DNA of 24,000 bases from NCBI GenBank assembly GCA_002422845.1, contig DITM01000098.1, positions 21,465 through 45,464 of the forward strand, read 5' to 3'. Each line of letters opens with the position of its first letter. The first letter of the stretch is position 1. Shown piece by piece: positions 1 to 6,683 of this stretch. The stretch is from Candidatus Paracaedibacteraceae bacterium UBA6184 (GTDB lineage: Bacteria > Pseudomonadota > Alphaproteobacteria > UBA6184). The notes under the pieces are model-generated. The model was given only the letters and a program-made list of their open reading frames with translations, did no database searches and was not told the origin of the DNA. The position numbers were made by a program, and so were the translations under genes.

Positions 1-36
1 CTCAATTCCCAGTTCGTTACGAAGTGACCAGCTCAT
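1..36 (-). CDS. 5' end of an unidentified CDS running off the window (MSWSLRNELGIE...); next gene downstream in the phage-like structural cluster
   Basis: ATG at 36..34 on the minus strand with GAGG 7 nt upstream (ctgaggttgcatcATG). Only 12 codons are visible, so no product call. Confidence 0.25.
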   Translation of the reverse strand, partial: MSWSLRNELGIE

Positions 37-101
37 GATGCAACCTCAGTAAATATATACGTCCAACTGTAATTAAAATCCCAGGGACTGTATTTATGCC
101 C

Positions 102-371
102 TCATTTTTCAAATCGAAACACGGCCATCTCATCAAAACCCCGCGGTTTGATCGTAACGCGATCTCCAACCTTTAACGAACATTTGGGTAAAATATCGCC
201 ATTTCCAGAAATTGTTAATGACCGAACTTCGCGCCCGTCTACAATTTCATCTCCTTGAATGGTTTTGCGAATGACTGGACGCCCAGATATACTTTCCAAC
301 TGTTCTAGATAGTCTCGATCGCTATTTTTTGGAAACGATAATCCTGGAATCTTGGTATATCGTTCAACCAT
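102..371 (-). CDS. Hypothetical small protein (89 aa) in the head-tail part of the phage/GTA-like cluster
   Basis: Start trimmed to MVERYTKIPG... The minus strand has GGAGG 7 nt upstream of the ATG, and the ATG overlaps the upstream stop by 1 nt (TGATG), implying translational coupling. No recognisable motif. Confidence 0.4.
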   Translation of the reverse strand: MVERYTKIPGLSFPKNSDRDYLEQLESISGRPVIRKTIQGDEIVDGREVRSLTISGNGDILPKCSLKVGDRVTIKPRGFDEMAVFRFEK

Positions 372-724
372 CAAACAACCTCCAATGCATATCGAATTAA
401 TACTGTACAGGTCACGTGTAACGGATCTGTGGAAAACTGAGCAGTTTGCCCCCACCATTGGGTAAAGACATTCTCTGGATCCGTTGTTCGGATTAACGTA
501 TGAAATTGATTCAACCATTGCAACATGGCCTGCATGGGGGCGTCTGTTGATGGGTAAAATGCCACATTCAATGAAACCTCACATCCTTCCGGACGTTGAA
601 TCCAGCGCTGTATGTTAACCCCCATCACATTCGTTTGATCCGCAACGTGATGGCTTGCAATAACGGGAACTGATGGCCATTCTTGGCGCAAACGTTCCAT
701 AAAATCTACAACGATATCAGTCAT
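371..724 (-). CDS. Hypothetical phage/GTA structural-module protein (117 aa), in the position of the gene after the head-tail adaptor
   Basis: Start trimmed to MTDIVVDFMERL..., with AAGGAAG 7 nt upstream of the ATG at 724. The longer track ORF (to 841) runs into a repeat copy and is rejected. The functional call rests on synteny only. Confidence 0.45.
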   Translation of the reverse strand: MTDIVVDFMERLRQEWPSVPVIASHHVADQTNVMGVNIQRWIQRPEGCEVSLNVAFYPSTDAPMQAMLQWLNQFHTLIRTTDPENVFTQWWGQTAQFSTDPLHVTCTVLIRYALEVV

Positions 725-774
725 GATAAGTCTTCCTTTGGTTGAAAATTGAGAAAAGTTGAAAATAGACACTA

Positions 775-843
775 GACCTTTGGTCAAGTGACATTTTAAG
801 CCCACCCACCCCGGCAGACCGTCGGCAATGTGACGTTGCATCC
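775..843. repeat. Truncated copy of the hairpin-bounded repeat family (copy c1): ggtcaagtgacatttt / CCCACCCACCCC / GGCAGACCGTCG joined directly to GCAATGtgaCGTTGCATCC
   Basis: Aligns by eye to 3239-3350, 8830-8947 and 13030-13141. Lies in the 5' leader of the 371..724 gene. Confidence 0.8.
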
Positions 844-862
844 ACTGGGTGAGGATGAGTAT

Positions 863-1150
863 TTAAAGTTGTTCTATTTTGAATTGAACTAATTGAGACT
901 CTGGAAAATACACTGGCGGTTGTATGAGTTTCCACAGTTGATCGTTCCATTGGATGCGTATGTTATCTGCGTAATCAAATGGAGCCCGAACCGTTACTGT
1001 TGCTATGGATTTAGGGCTCAGCTGAGTCCGAACATCTGACCAAATCTCTGCGGTCTCTTTCCAAGACTCAGCCCCAGAATGTCCCCATGCATCATAAGTT
1101 CCAGCTGTGTGCACTAAAATTTGAATGCGATCTTTCCATCGTTTTGTCAT
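863..1150 (-). CDS. Phage head-tail adaptor / head closure protein (SPP1 gp16 / GTA g7-like, Phage_H_T_join-type)
   Basis: 95 aa. The pattern R.q.l......D.wG.....w.......W.dv and the late 'IRIQWNDQLWKLI' are typical of this family. AGGAG lies 7 nt upstream of the ATG. Positioned downstream of the capsid gene. Confidence 0.7.
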   Translation of the reverse strand: MTKRWKDRIQILVHTAGTYDAWGHSGAESWKETAEIWSDVRTQLSPKSIATVTVRAPFDYADNIRIQWNDQLWKLIQPPVYFPESQLVQFKIEQL

Positions 1151-1199
1151 GACAAATCTCCTATTGATAATGTATTAAGTTTTGAACGGTACACCGGTA

Positions 1200-1530
1200 A
1201 GCTTATAAAAATTTCTTTACCCACTCTTCCTTTTAGGATAGCGTTTTTGAACTATCAACCAGCATAGCCATCTCAATATCTACACGCCCATGGCGTCAGC
1301 GTTTGCTGTCGTTTCAGCCCCATAACTTATAAACCAAGACCAGTGCCCAACGAATTACTGCCATTCGTGACAAATATCGGGGGGTGTGGTAACGTCACTA
1401 TTACGCTAACAGCAGAACAAATCACCCCGTAGTCTCATTTATTTGTAAACCTTCTGTTTTACGTATCAAATAGGCTTCAATCGCAGTTGAGGCAAAGTTG
1501 TTATAAGAAAACTTGAGTTCTATCATTCTG
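1200..1530 (-). pseudogene. Possible remnant of a gp6-type head-tail connector gene (expected between capsid and adaptor), broken by stops and frameshifts
   Basis: Hand translation of the minus strand gives short fragments in different frames: MIELKFSYNNFASTAIEAYLIRKTEGLQINETTG* and ..VIVTLPHPPIFVTNGSNSLG... They resemble the aA..iE.yt.r.l and LP.pP segments of gp6-like connectors. No ORF of 60 aa or more exists here. Confidence 0.3.
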
Positions 1531-1616
1531 CTGACTAAGCACTCCTTAGAAGAAATCTATTTTCAGGTCACTTAGTTTCTGATACGTTTGTCATACAAAC
1601 AGGAAAGTTCATCATA

Positions 1617-2021
1617 ATGAAAATATTAATTTATATATCAGCCAGTGCTGTCTTTTTTATGCCGACAGTCTCTGCTTCAGAAAGCCTAATAGAACGTCAA
1701 AATGCGTGCGCTCAATTGGAACCAACAGGTCAACTCACACACCCTGAACTTCCCTTGGTATTGCAACCGTTCGTATGTCATGAAAACTTACCTGGACTCT
1801 CGAATAATGTGCTTCTGCACCTTATTCAGGCTCAGTACGACGAACATTGTTCCGTCATTGCAAGGTTATCCTATGTTAGTTTTAAAATTCTGGAGGCAGA
1901 ACCATTCTCAACCGAGGCAACTCAAGGGTCTCAAACATCAATAGCGTCAACCGTGCTTGTAGACCTCAGCCAAAACAGTAGTCTGGATTCTTTGCCTCCA
2001 ACAGTACCGTTTAAACCATAG
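1617..2021 (+). CDS. Hypothetical secreted protein (134 aa), convergent with the capsid gene
   Basis: N-terminal signal-peptide-like segment MKILIYISASAVFFMPTVSA|SES. AGGAAAG lies upstream of the ATG. No recognisable domain. The 3' end overlaps the relic capsid stop by 11 nt. Confidence 0.55.
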   Translation: MKILIYISASAVFFMPTVSASESLIERQNACAQLEPTGQLTHPELPLVLQPFVCHENLPGLSNNVLLHLIQAQYDEHCSVIARLSYVSFKILEAEPFSTEATQGSQTSIASTVLVDLSQNSSLDSLPPTVPFKP

Positions 2022-2083
2022 TCTTAACTTTCATTGCTTTTAATGGAGCTAAGGCACCCTGTACGATAGACATATCAGGTGTA

Positions 2084-3175
2084 TCACTGTCGTACAGGCA
2101 TCGGATTAAGTTCATCCAAATACCCTCTATTAACGCAGAAACTGGCGTTACCCCACCCCGTCCAACTATGCGAATACTCCGAATTCCCGACGTTATCGGG
2201 GGCCAATCTGCATGAACCCCCAATCGATGACCTGCAACAACGAATCGCTCTGCGGGTTGCGTAAAACTCTACATAGGGTTTTGCACTGTATGGATCACGC
2301 AAAATGGATAATTCCTGGCGATCCACGATTTGATATCCTTGTTCAAAGTTACCAAAGGCCACAGAAATGCTAGGGTTTGATGGATCCAAAGCAGGCATAT
2401 CATCAGAAATGATTACTGGATATCCTAACAATGTATTGGAAGCTTCACCGGCAAGGCCGCTTCCCGTATGCCACAACACATGACCCGTTGCAGGATCTTT
2501 GATTTGACGAAGCTTTGATTGAGCCGACCTGGACATTACCCAACATGCATTATGTAAGTATTCACTTTTGACGGAATCCAATGTCTTAAACAAGACCTCT
2601 AGCGCTGATTCATCATCCATGAACCCACCATTGACAAGCGTTGAAAACGTTTGAAGTTTCCCCCACGTTGCTACGTTAGTTCCTACATATTTCAAAAACC
2701 CTTTGGGTTGATTGACGCCATCACCTTGAATGAATCCTTTATTTTCAATGGCCGCCATTTGTGAGGCTATACGCCCCATCAACCAATCTTCAATTGGGAT
2801 TTGAGCATCGTCAATTAAACGTTGGCTTAATCGTAATTTGGCATACAGTTCATGTACTCCGATACGTCGTTTTTCTAACTGAGATGGATCCGTTTCATTG
2901 CGGGTTCCTGTTTCTGTTACCCAACCGACATTGGGCGAATTGCGCTCAACAACGATATCTAAGCTATCGCTAGAAATGGTTGTGCTGGACGCCAATTGAC
3001 GCAAAGGGGACAAGGCATCCACCTTAGATTTTACTTGATCTCCAATCGCCGTAGGCATTACCAATCCGCCTTCAGCGCTTTCGCTGGTTAAGGACTTTGT
3101 TTCCCAGTTTACGGCTCCAGTTTGAACAAAGTTTTTGAATTCAGTTGTGGATTGATCATTAAGATATGGTGTCAT
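2084..3175 (-). CDS. HK97-family major capsid protein (GTA g5-like), probably damaged at both ends
   Basis: Start trimmed to MTPYLNDQ..., with AGGAG 7 nt upstream. The body carries typical HK97-fold capsid segments: FKNFVQTG...KSLTSESAEGGLVMP, ...GFLKY..., ...LGYPVIISDDMP..., ...FGNFEQGYQIVDRQELSILRDPYSAKPYVEFYATRR. After YATRR the frame runs into an atypical Cys/Trp-rich tail. A capsid-like C-terminus (..APLKAMKVKTMV*) sits in another frame at 2011-2065. Confidence 0.85.
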   Translation of the reverse strand: MTPYLNDQSTTEFKNFVQTGAVNWETKSLTSESAEGGLVMPTAIGDQVKSKVDALSPLRQLASSTTISSDSLDIVVERNSPNVGWVTETGTRNETDPSQLEKRRIGVHELYAKLRLSQRLIDDAQIPIEDWLMGRIASQMAAIENKGFIQGDGVNQPKGFLKYVGTNVATWGKLQTFSTLVNGGFMDDESALEVLFKTLDSVKSEYLHNACWVMSRSAQSKLRQIKDPATGHVLWHTGSGLAGEASNTLLGYPVIISDDMPALDPSNPSISVAFGNFEQGYQIVDRQELSILRDPYSAKPYVEFYATRRAIRCCRSSIGGSCRLAPDNVGNSEYSHSWTGWGNASFCVNRGYLDELNPMPVRQ

Positions 3176-3238
3176 ATTTGTTTCTCCTGTTATGAACATT
3201 GATATAGTTAAAAGAAAAGGTAAGATCAAATGGGCACT

Positions 3239-3350
3239 TGCCCTTCGGTCAAGTGACATTTTCACCCACCCACCCCGCAGGCCGTCGCAAGAGCTCCTAC
3301 GCCTGCTTCCCGCTAACGGCGTGCTTAACGCCCGCCGAAAGGTAGAATTT
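3239..3350. repeat. Copy c2 of the repeat family, with hairpin GCAGGC-N18-GCCTGC, lying in the capsid 5' leader
   Basis: cccttcggtcaagtgacattttcaCCCACCCACCCCGCAGGCcgtcgcaagagctcctacGCCTGC aligns to c1, c3 and c4. It produces the false N-terminal extension MKMSLDRRA... on the capsid ORF. Confidence 0.8.
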
Positions 3351-3355
3351 TGAAT

Positions 3356-3381
3356 AAAAAAAGCACCCCGAAGGGTGCTTT
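3356..3381 (-). terminator. Rho-independent terminator ending the secreted-protein operon (after ORF 3415..3867)
   Basis: Minus strand reads GCACCC-TTCG-GGGTGC followed by TTTTTTT. Confidence 0.8.
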
Positions 3382-3414
3382 GAATTGATTAGACGTGTTA
3401 CTTAGACACTCGTT

Positions 3415-3867
3415 TCATAGTTTGCTAACGTACTCCTCCACGTGCAAGATCAAAAAATAAGGACTTAATATATCTGCAAATGATAAAGGTAAATGGCTTA
3501 ACTCTTTTGCCTGACCGATCTGTTTATCTCGTTCAGCAACACGCGACCAAAATGCGGTTTCTTCTTGCTTCGTCAACACATGAAACTTGCCATTAAGGTC
3601 TCGTGTGTGCAAAAACATATGAATCTTTGCTGGTGAAAATGAGATTTTTCTGTCCTCCAATAAGGCTTCAAACACAAACTGAACCAGTGTCTGATTGTGT
3701 GCAGATTTCGGAATGTTAAGGCTAAATGCTCCCTCTTTTTCAGTATAAAACACAGGGATATGAATACATTTCAACTGAGTATACGATTGATCATCTGTTG
3801 TCAAATCTGAACTTGCGGAAACTATCATGCACAGCAACATCGATACTTTTAGAGCTAATTTGATCAT
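3415..3867 (-). CDS. Hypothetical secreted protein (150 aa), island gene F
   Basis: Signal-peptide-like MIKLALKVSMLLCMIVSA|SSD. The AGGTGA RBS lies inside the end of the upstream gene, with 3 nt between the upstream TAA and this ATG, so the two are translationally coupled. No recognisable domain. Confidence 0.65.
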   Translation of the reverse strand: MIKLALKVSMLLCMIVSASSDLTTDDQSYTQLKCIHIPVFYTEKEGAFSLNIPKSAHNQTLVQFVFEALLEDRKISFSPAKIHMFLHTRDLNGKFHVLTKQEETAFWSRVAERDKQIGQAKELSHLPLSFADILSPYFLILHVEEYVSKL

Positions 3868-3870
3868 GTA

Positions 3871-4386
3871 TTATTCACCTGTTTTTGACGGGTTGATTCT
3901 TGTGTGCAATGTGTAACTTCCATCCTCCATCAGATCTAGAAAATAGGCTGAAAAATTGATGTATTTTCCTCTCTCAACCGCCTTTTTAGGATACTCATTC
4001 GTCATCAATGCACACGTCGGAATACATGTACAAGACACGCCTTTTTCTGGTTTGTGTAATTTAGAACTAAGCACCTGAAGAGGTCTATTCAAAAGAAGAA
4101 AAGTCATTGTTTCAAATTTAGCGCCATTTAATTTCAAACTTGATATTAAACATCTTTTTATTACCAAAAATATCTCAACGTTGGAAGCAGACAATTTACA
4201 CTCAATTTGAAACACTGCTGGATTACTGTTATCCAACAAAACCATATTCTCATTAACTTTTAATTTAAACAGAAAGACCTTTTTTTGTGCAGACTCACGT
4301 GATTCAGCATGTAAGGTTATAGCTGTCTCAGAACCAACTACACATTTCATGGTCAATATAAGACTTAATATAAAGATAAATCTCAT
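3871..4386 (-). CDS. Hypothetical secreted protein (171 aa), island gene E
   Basis: Signal-peptide-like MRFIFILSLILTMKCVVG|SET. AAGGA lies 5 nt upstream of the ATG. Several Cys (CTCIPTC). No recognisable domain. Confidence 0.65.
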   Translation of the reverse strand: MRFIFILSLILTMKCVVGSETAITLHAESRESAQKKVFLFKLKVNENMVLLDNSNPAVFQIECKLSASNVEIFLVIKRCLISSLKLNGAKFETMTFLLLNRPLQVLSSKLHKPEKGVSCTCIPTCALMTNEYPKKAVERGKYINFSAYFLDLMEDGSYTLHTRINPSKTGE

Positions 4387-4420
4387 GATAATCCTTATTA
4401 TTATATATTAATGATGGTTA

Positions 4421-4906
4421 TCATCTACGTTGGCATTCACCTCCATCACATAAATACTCGCGATACTTTACCTCCACTAAATTAATTTCTAACGCTAGGT
4501 CTTTTAGCATTTCTAATTGATTTAACACCTCTGCAAATGGAGCCTGCCATAATCTCGCACACATATTTACGTCATCACGCGCTGAATCTTTTCTGATTAA
4601 TCGCAGTGAAGAACATTGCAAGTTAGATCTGAAATTTAATACGCCAACACGCTGAAATTTATGAATAAGATTTTCTACATTCGCTTCAATTATAGATTGA
4701 AGCGATTTGTCTGCGTATCTATTGTGTTCAAGGGCTAGAGTAAAACTATAGTACACGCTTAAGCATGCTTGATTACCATGATTGCAAACACAGTGCACTG
4801 GACTTCCGTTACTCACAAGTTTTACGTCCATATTCAACTGAATTGATCCACTCACCAGACTTACCCACATCAAGGCAAAAATACTTAATTTTAAAAGAAC
4901 TTTCAC
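4421..4906 (-). CDS. Hypothetical Cys-rich secreted protein (161 aa from GTG), island gene D
   Basis: GTG at 4906 has AAGGGA 7 nt upstream; the TTG at 4924 used by the track has no RBS. Signal-peptide-like MKVLLKLSIFALMWVSLVSG|SIQ. Eight Cys in the mature part (VHCVCNHGNQAC...YLCDGGEC). Confidence 0.6.
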   Translation of the reverse strand: MKVLLKLSIFALMWVSLVSGSIQLNMDVKLVSNGSPVHCVCNHGNQACLSVYYSFTLALEHNRYADKSLQSIIEANVENLIHKFQRVGVLNFRSNLQCSSLRLIRKDSARDDVNMCARLWQAPFAEVLNQLEMLKDLALEINLVEVKYREYLCDGGECQRR

Positions 4907-4939
4907 GTTGTTATCCCTTCTCAACTATAAATTGATTGA

Positions 4940-4968
4940 TTTGTATACATACTTACCCGAAAAGTCAA
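4940..4968 (-). promoter_or_regulatory. Putative sigma70-type promoter for island genes D-E-F
   Basis: Minus strand reads TTGACT (4968..4963), 17 nt, then TACAAA (4945..4940), about 30 nt upstream of the GTG start at 4906. Confidence 0.35.
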
Positions 4969-5037
4969 AATTTTTATCTTTAGAATAGACATCTTTTTAG
5001 TTTTCTCATTACCACTATGAATATTCAGTTAATTTCT

Positions 5038-5556
5038 CTATTTAAAAAGGTCTAGTTCTCTTTGTCGTAACCTATGGCCAACCGTATAAATAGAATCTGT
5101 TGACGTCTCAATACTCACGCGTAATATATTGCCATAAACGTGCTCAATTAAGTCATTCTTACTTAAGGTTAAAAGATCATATAAAATTGGGAAAACGACT
5201 GATTTTCCAGCCTCTACAGGACTTGCCATGCTTGATGTCATTTCACTTTCAACACGCGTCATTACGATTCCATCCTTCAACAATGGATCTATGCTAGCTT
5301 GAATAGTCTTAATCGAAGCTATTTTTAAATTGCCCGAACAAAAATCTAACAATATTCTCCTTAGGTTTTGATGTGTTAATCCTCTAACACTCACAATCAT
5401 CTCAAAGGGTTTACTCTCAAAACTCCCTGCGGACTGACCCGCCGGATAAATAAACTGACCATTAATTTCTAAAAAGACACTAAACGAAAGCTCTGTAATC
5501 TGTGATGCTGCATGAAGTTCATACATAACTAACCATAAAATTAAGAAAAAACGCAT
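5038..5556 (-). CDS. Hypothetical secreted protein (172 aa), island gene C
   Basis: ATG at 5556 with AAGGTGA upstream; the track's GTG start lies inside the RBS. Signal-peptide-like MRFFLILWLVMYELHA|ASQ. No recognisable domain. Confidence 0.65.
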   Translation of the reverse strand: MRFFLILWLVMYELHAASQITELSFSVFLEINGQFIYPAGQSAGSFESKPFEMIVSVRGLTHQNLRRILLDFCSGNLKIASIKTIQASIDPLLKDGIVMTRVESEMTSSMASPVEAGKSVVFPILYDLLTLSKNDLIEHVYGNILRVSIETSTDSIYTVGHRLRQRELDLFK

Positions 5557-5596
5557 CTTTATCACCTTATTTTTATTGTGTATTGCCTTAGCATAA

Positions 5597-5628
5597 AGAA
5601 AAAACCACCAAAAGGCGGTTCTTTTTTT
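5597..5628. terminator. Intrinsic terminator after island gene B (bidirectional in form)
   Basis: Minus strand: AACCGCC-TTTT-GGTGGTT (one G-U pair) followed by TTTTCTTT. The plus strand also ends in a T-run. Confidence 0.65.
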
Positions 5629-5643
5629 AATCGTTACCTTTTA

Positions 5644-5947
5644 TCAAGGAAACGTATAGCGTTTCTCTTGACCACAATTACTTTTATCGATCACATCTAC
5701 AGGGATGTTCCCTAAGTAGGGTTTAACGTTATCCAAACGATAGCTCTTTAACACCCCTCTAGCGGTAAATGTTTCATTTTGGTGTATTATTTGTATTCCA
5801 AGCTCTGGGAACTCTTCTTTACTTCCTTCAAATTTAAGCACTACACTCAACCACCCACGTATTTGGGGTAACTCTGAAAGTCCTCAGCGGCGTTAACCTG
5901 AAATTGAAAGAACGCATTCAACGCGACCATACAAACAACAAGTGCAT
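5644..5947 (-). pseudogene. Probable frameshifted relic of another small secreted-protein gene, island gene B
   Basis: The 68-aa ORF 5644..5850 starts at TTG with no RBS or signal peptide. Upstream, two other frames read MHLLFVWSR* and LNAFFQFQVNAAEDFQSYPKYVGG*. Joined by two 1-nt shifts these give a signal-peptide-like N-terminus (..FQFQVNA|AED) continuous with the ORF. Confidence 0.35.
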
Positions 5948-6018
5948 ACGTCTTCTCCACCAACAATTGAAGGTAGAAGAAACACATCTGCACACATTAA
6001 GTCAAGCATTCTCTCAAT

Positions 6019-6044
6019 AAAAAAAGGGAAGATCACTCTTCCCC
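6019..6044 (-). terminator. Rho-independent terminator after island gene A
   Basis: Minus strand reads GGGAAGA-GTGA-TCTTCCC followed by TTTTTTT. Confidence 0.75.
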
Positions 6045-6069
6045 TTGATACAGTACTTAGAAAATATTC

Positions 6070-6585
6070 TTATTCGCCCTTAGGAGATTTCAATGGTGAT
6101 ATCTCTCCCTCCAAAAGTGGTGGTGTTGGTGTAAGCATTGGCGAACGACCACTATCCATTATAATATCAATCACAGGTATCTCTCCTACACCCTTGAATA
6201 TAGTGGCTAATGTGATCAAACTTCCATCCTCTTCACTAACACTTTCCCTCATAACCTCTACACCATTCCACATTAAGCGATGAGCCGAAGGAATTCTTAA
6301 AGAACTCAGTAATTCAGATTTAAAATCTTCCACTCTTGTCGTGCTACTAACAGGAATCGTAGAGACGATATAAGTACCTCCATCAGCTCCTAATCTCGCA
6401 ACTTTAACAGCTGGGGGAAACTCTATTGCAGGCTGCGTATTTCCATAAACCTCGCCATTGCACATTCCACCATTCGTTGCGCCATGATGCCCTTGGGGAG
6501 ATAAAGCCTCGTCTGCAACATTATGGCTAGCTGACACCTGTGAAACGACTCCAAACACACACATAGTATATAAAAATTTATTCAT
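6070..6585 (-). CDS. Hypothetical secreted protein (171 aa) with a possible ubiquitin-like beta-grasp core and a Pro-rich tail, island gene A
   Basis: Signal-peptide-like MNKFLYTMCVFGVVSQVSA|SHN. GGAG lies 7 nt upstream of the ATG. The core VKVARLGADGGTYIVSTIPVSSTTRVEDFKSELLSSLRIPSAHRLMWNGVEV...GSLITLATIFKGVG aligns by eye to the ubiquitin pattern (see findings). Confidence 0.65.
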   Translation of the reverse strand: MNKFLYTMCVFGVVSQVSASHNVADEALSPQGHHGATNGGMCNGEVYGNTQPAIEFPPAVKVARLGADGGTYIVSTIPVSSTTRVEDFKSELLSSLRIPSAHRLMWNGVEVMRESVSEEDGSLITLATIFKGVGEIPVIDIIMDSGRSPMLTPTPPLLEGEISPLKSPKGE

Positions 6586-6683
6586 TATTCTTCTCCGTGT
6601 TAACTTATTTTTAAGACTATTATTTATAATAGAATATACTCTGTTTATCTAGATAAAAAACATAGATACGAAAGATCATAGTC

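Noticed and set aside
717-950. ORF 717..950(-) and the N-terminal extensions of ORFs 371..841 and 2084..3265 (shared KMSLD(R/Q)R... peptide)
   Set aside because: The shared peptide is encoded by repeat copies c1 and c2. Good RBS-ATG pairs exist downstream (724 and 3175), and 717..950 overlaps the adaptor gene's 3' end.
3261-3276. C-rich CCCACCCACCCC tract (G-rich on the coding strand), considered as a G-quadruplex
   Set aside because: There are only three G-runs per copy, whereas a canonical intramolecular quadruplex needs four. It is better explained as a conserved part of the repeat.
5942-6283. 113-aa plus-strand ORF antisense to island gene A
   Set aside because: It starts at GTG inside an intergenic region and spans the terminator. 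It has no RBS, whereas the minus-strand gene has an RBS, a signal peptide and a terminator.
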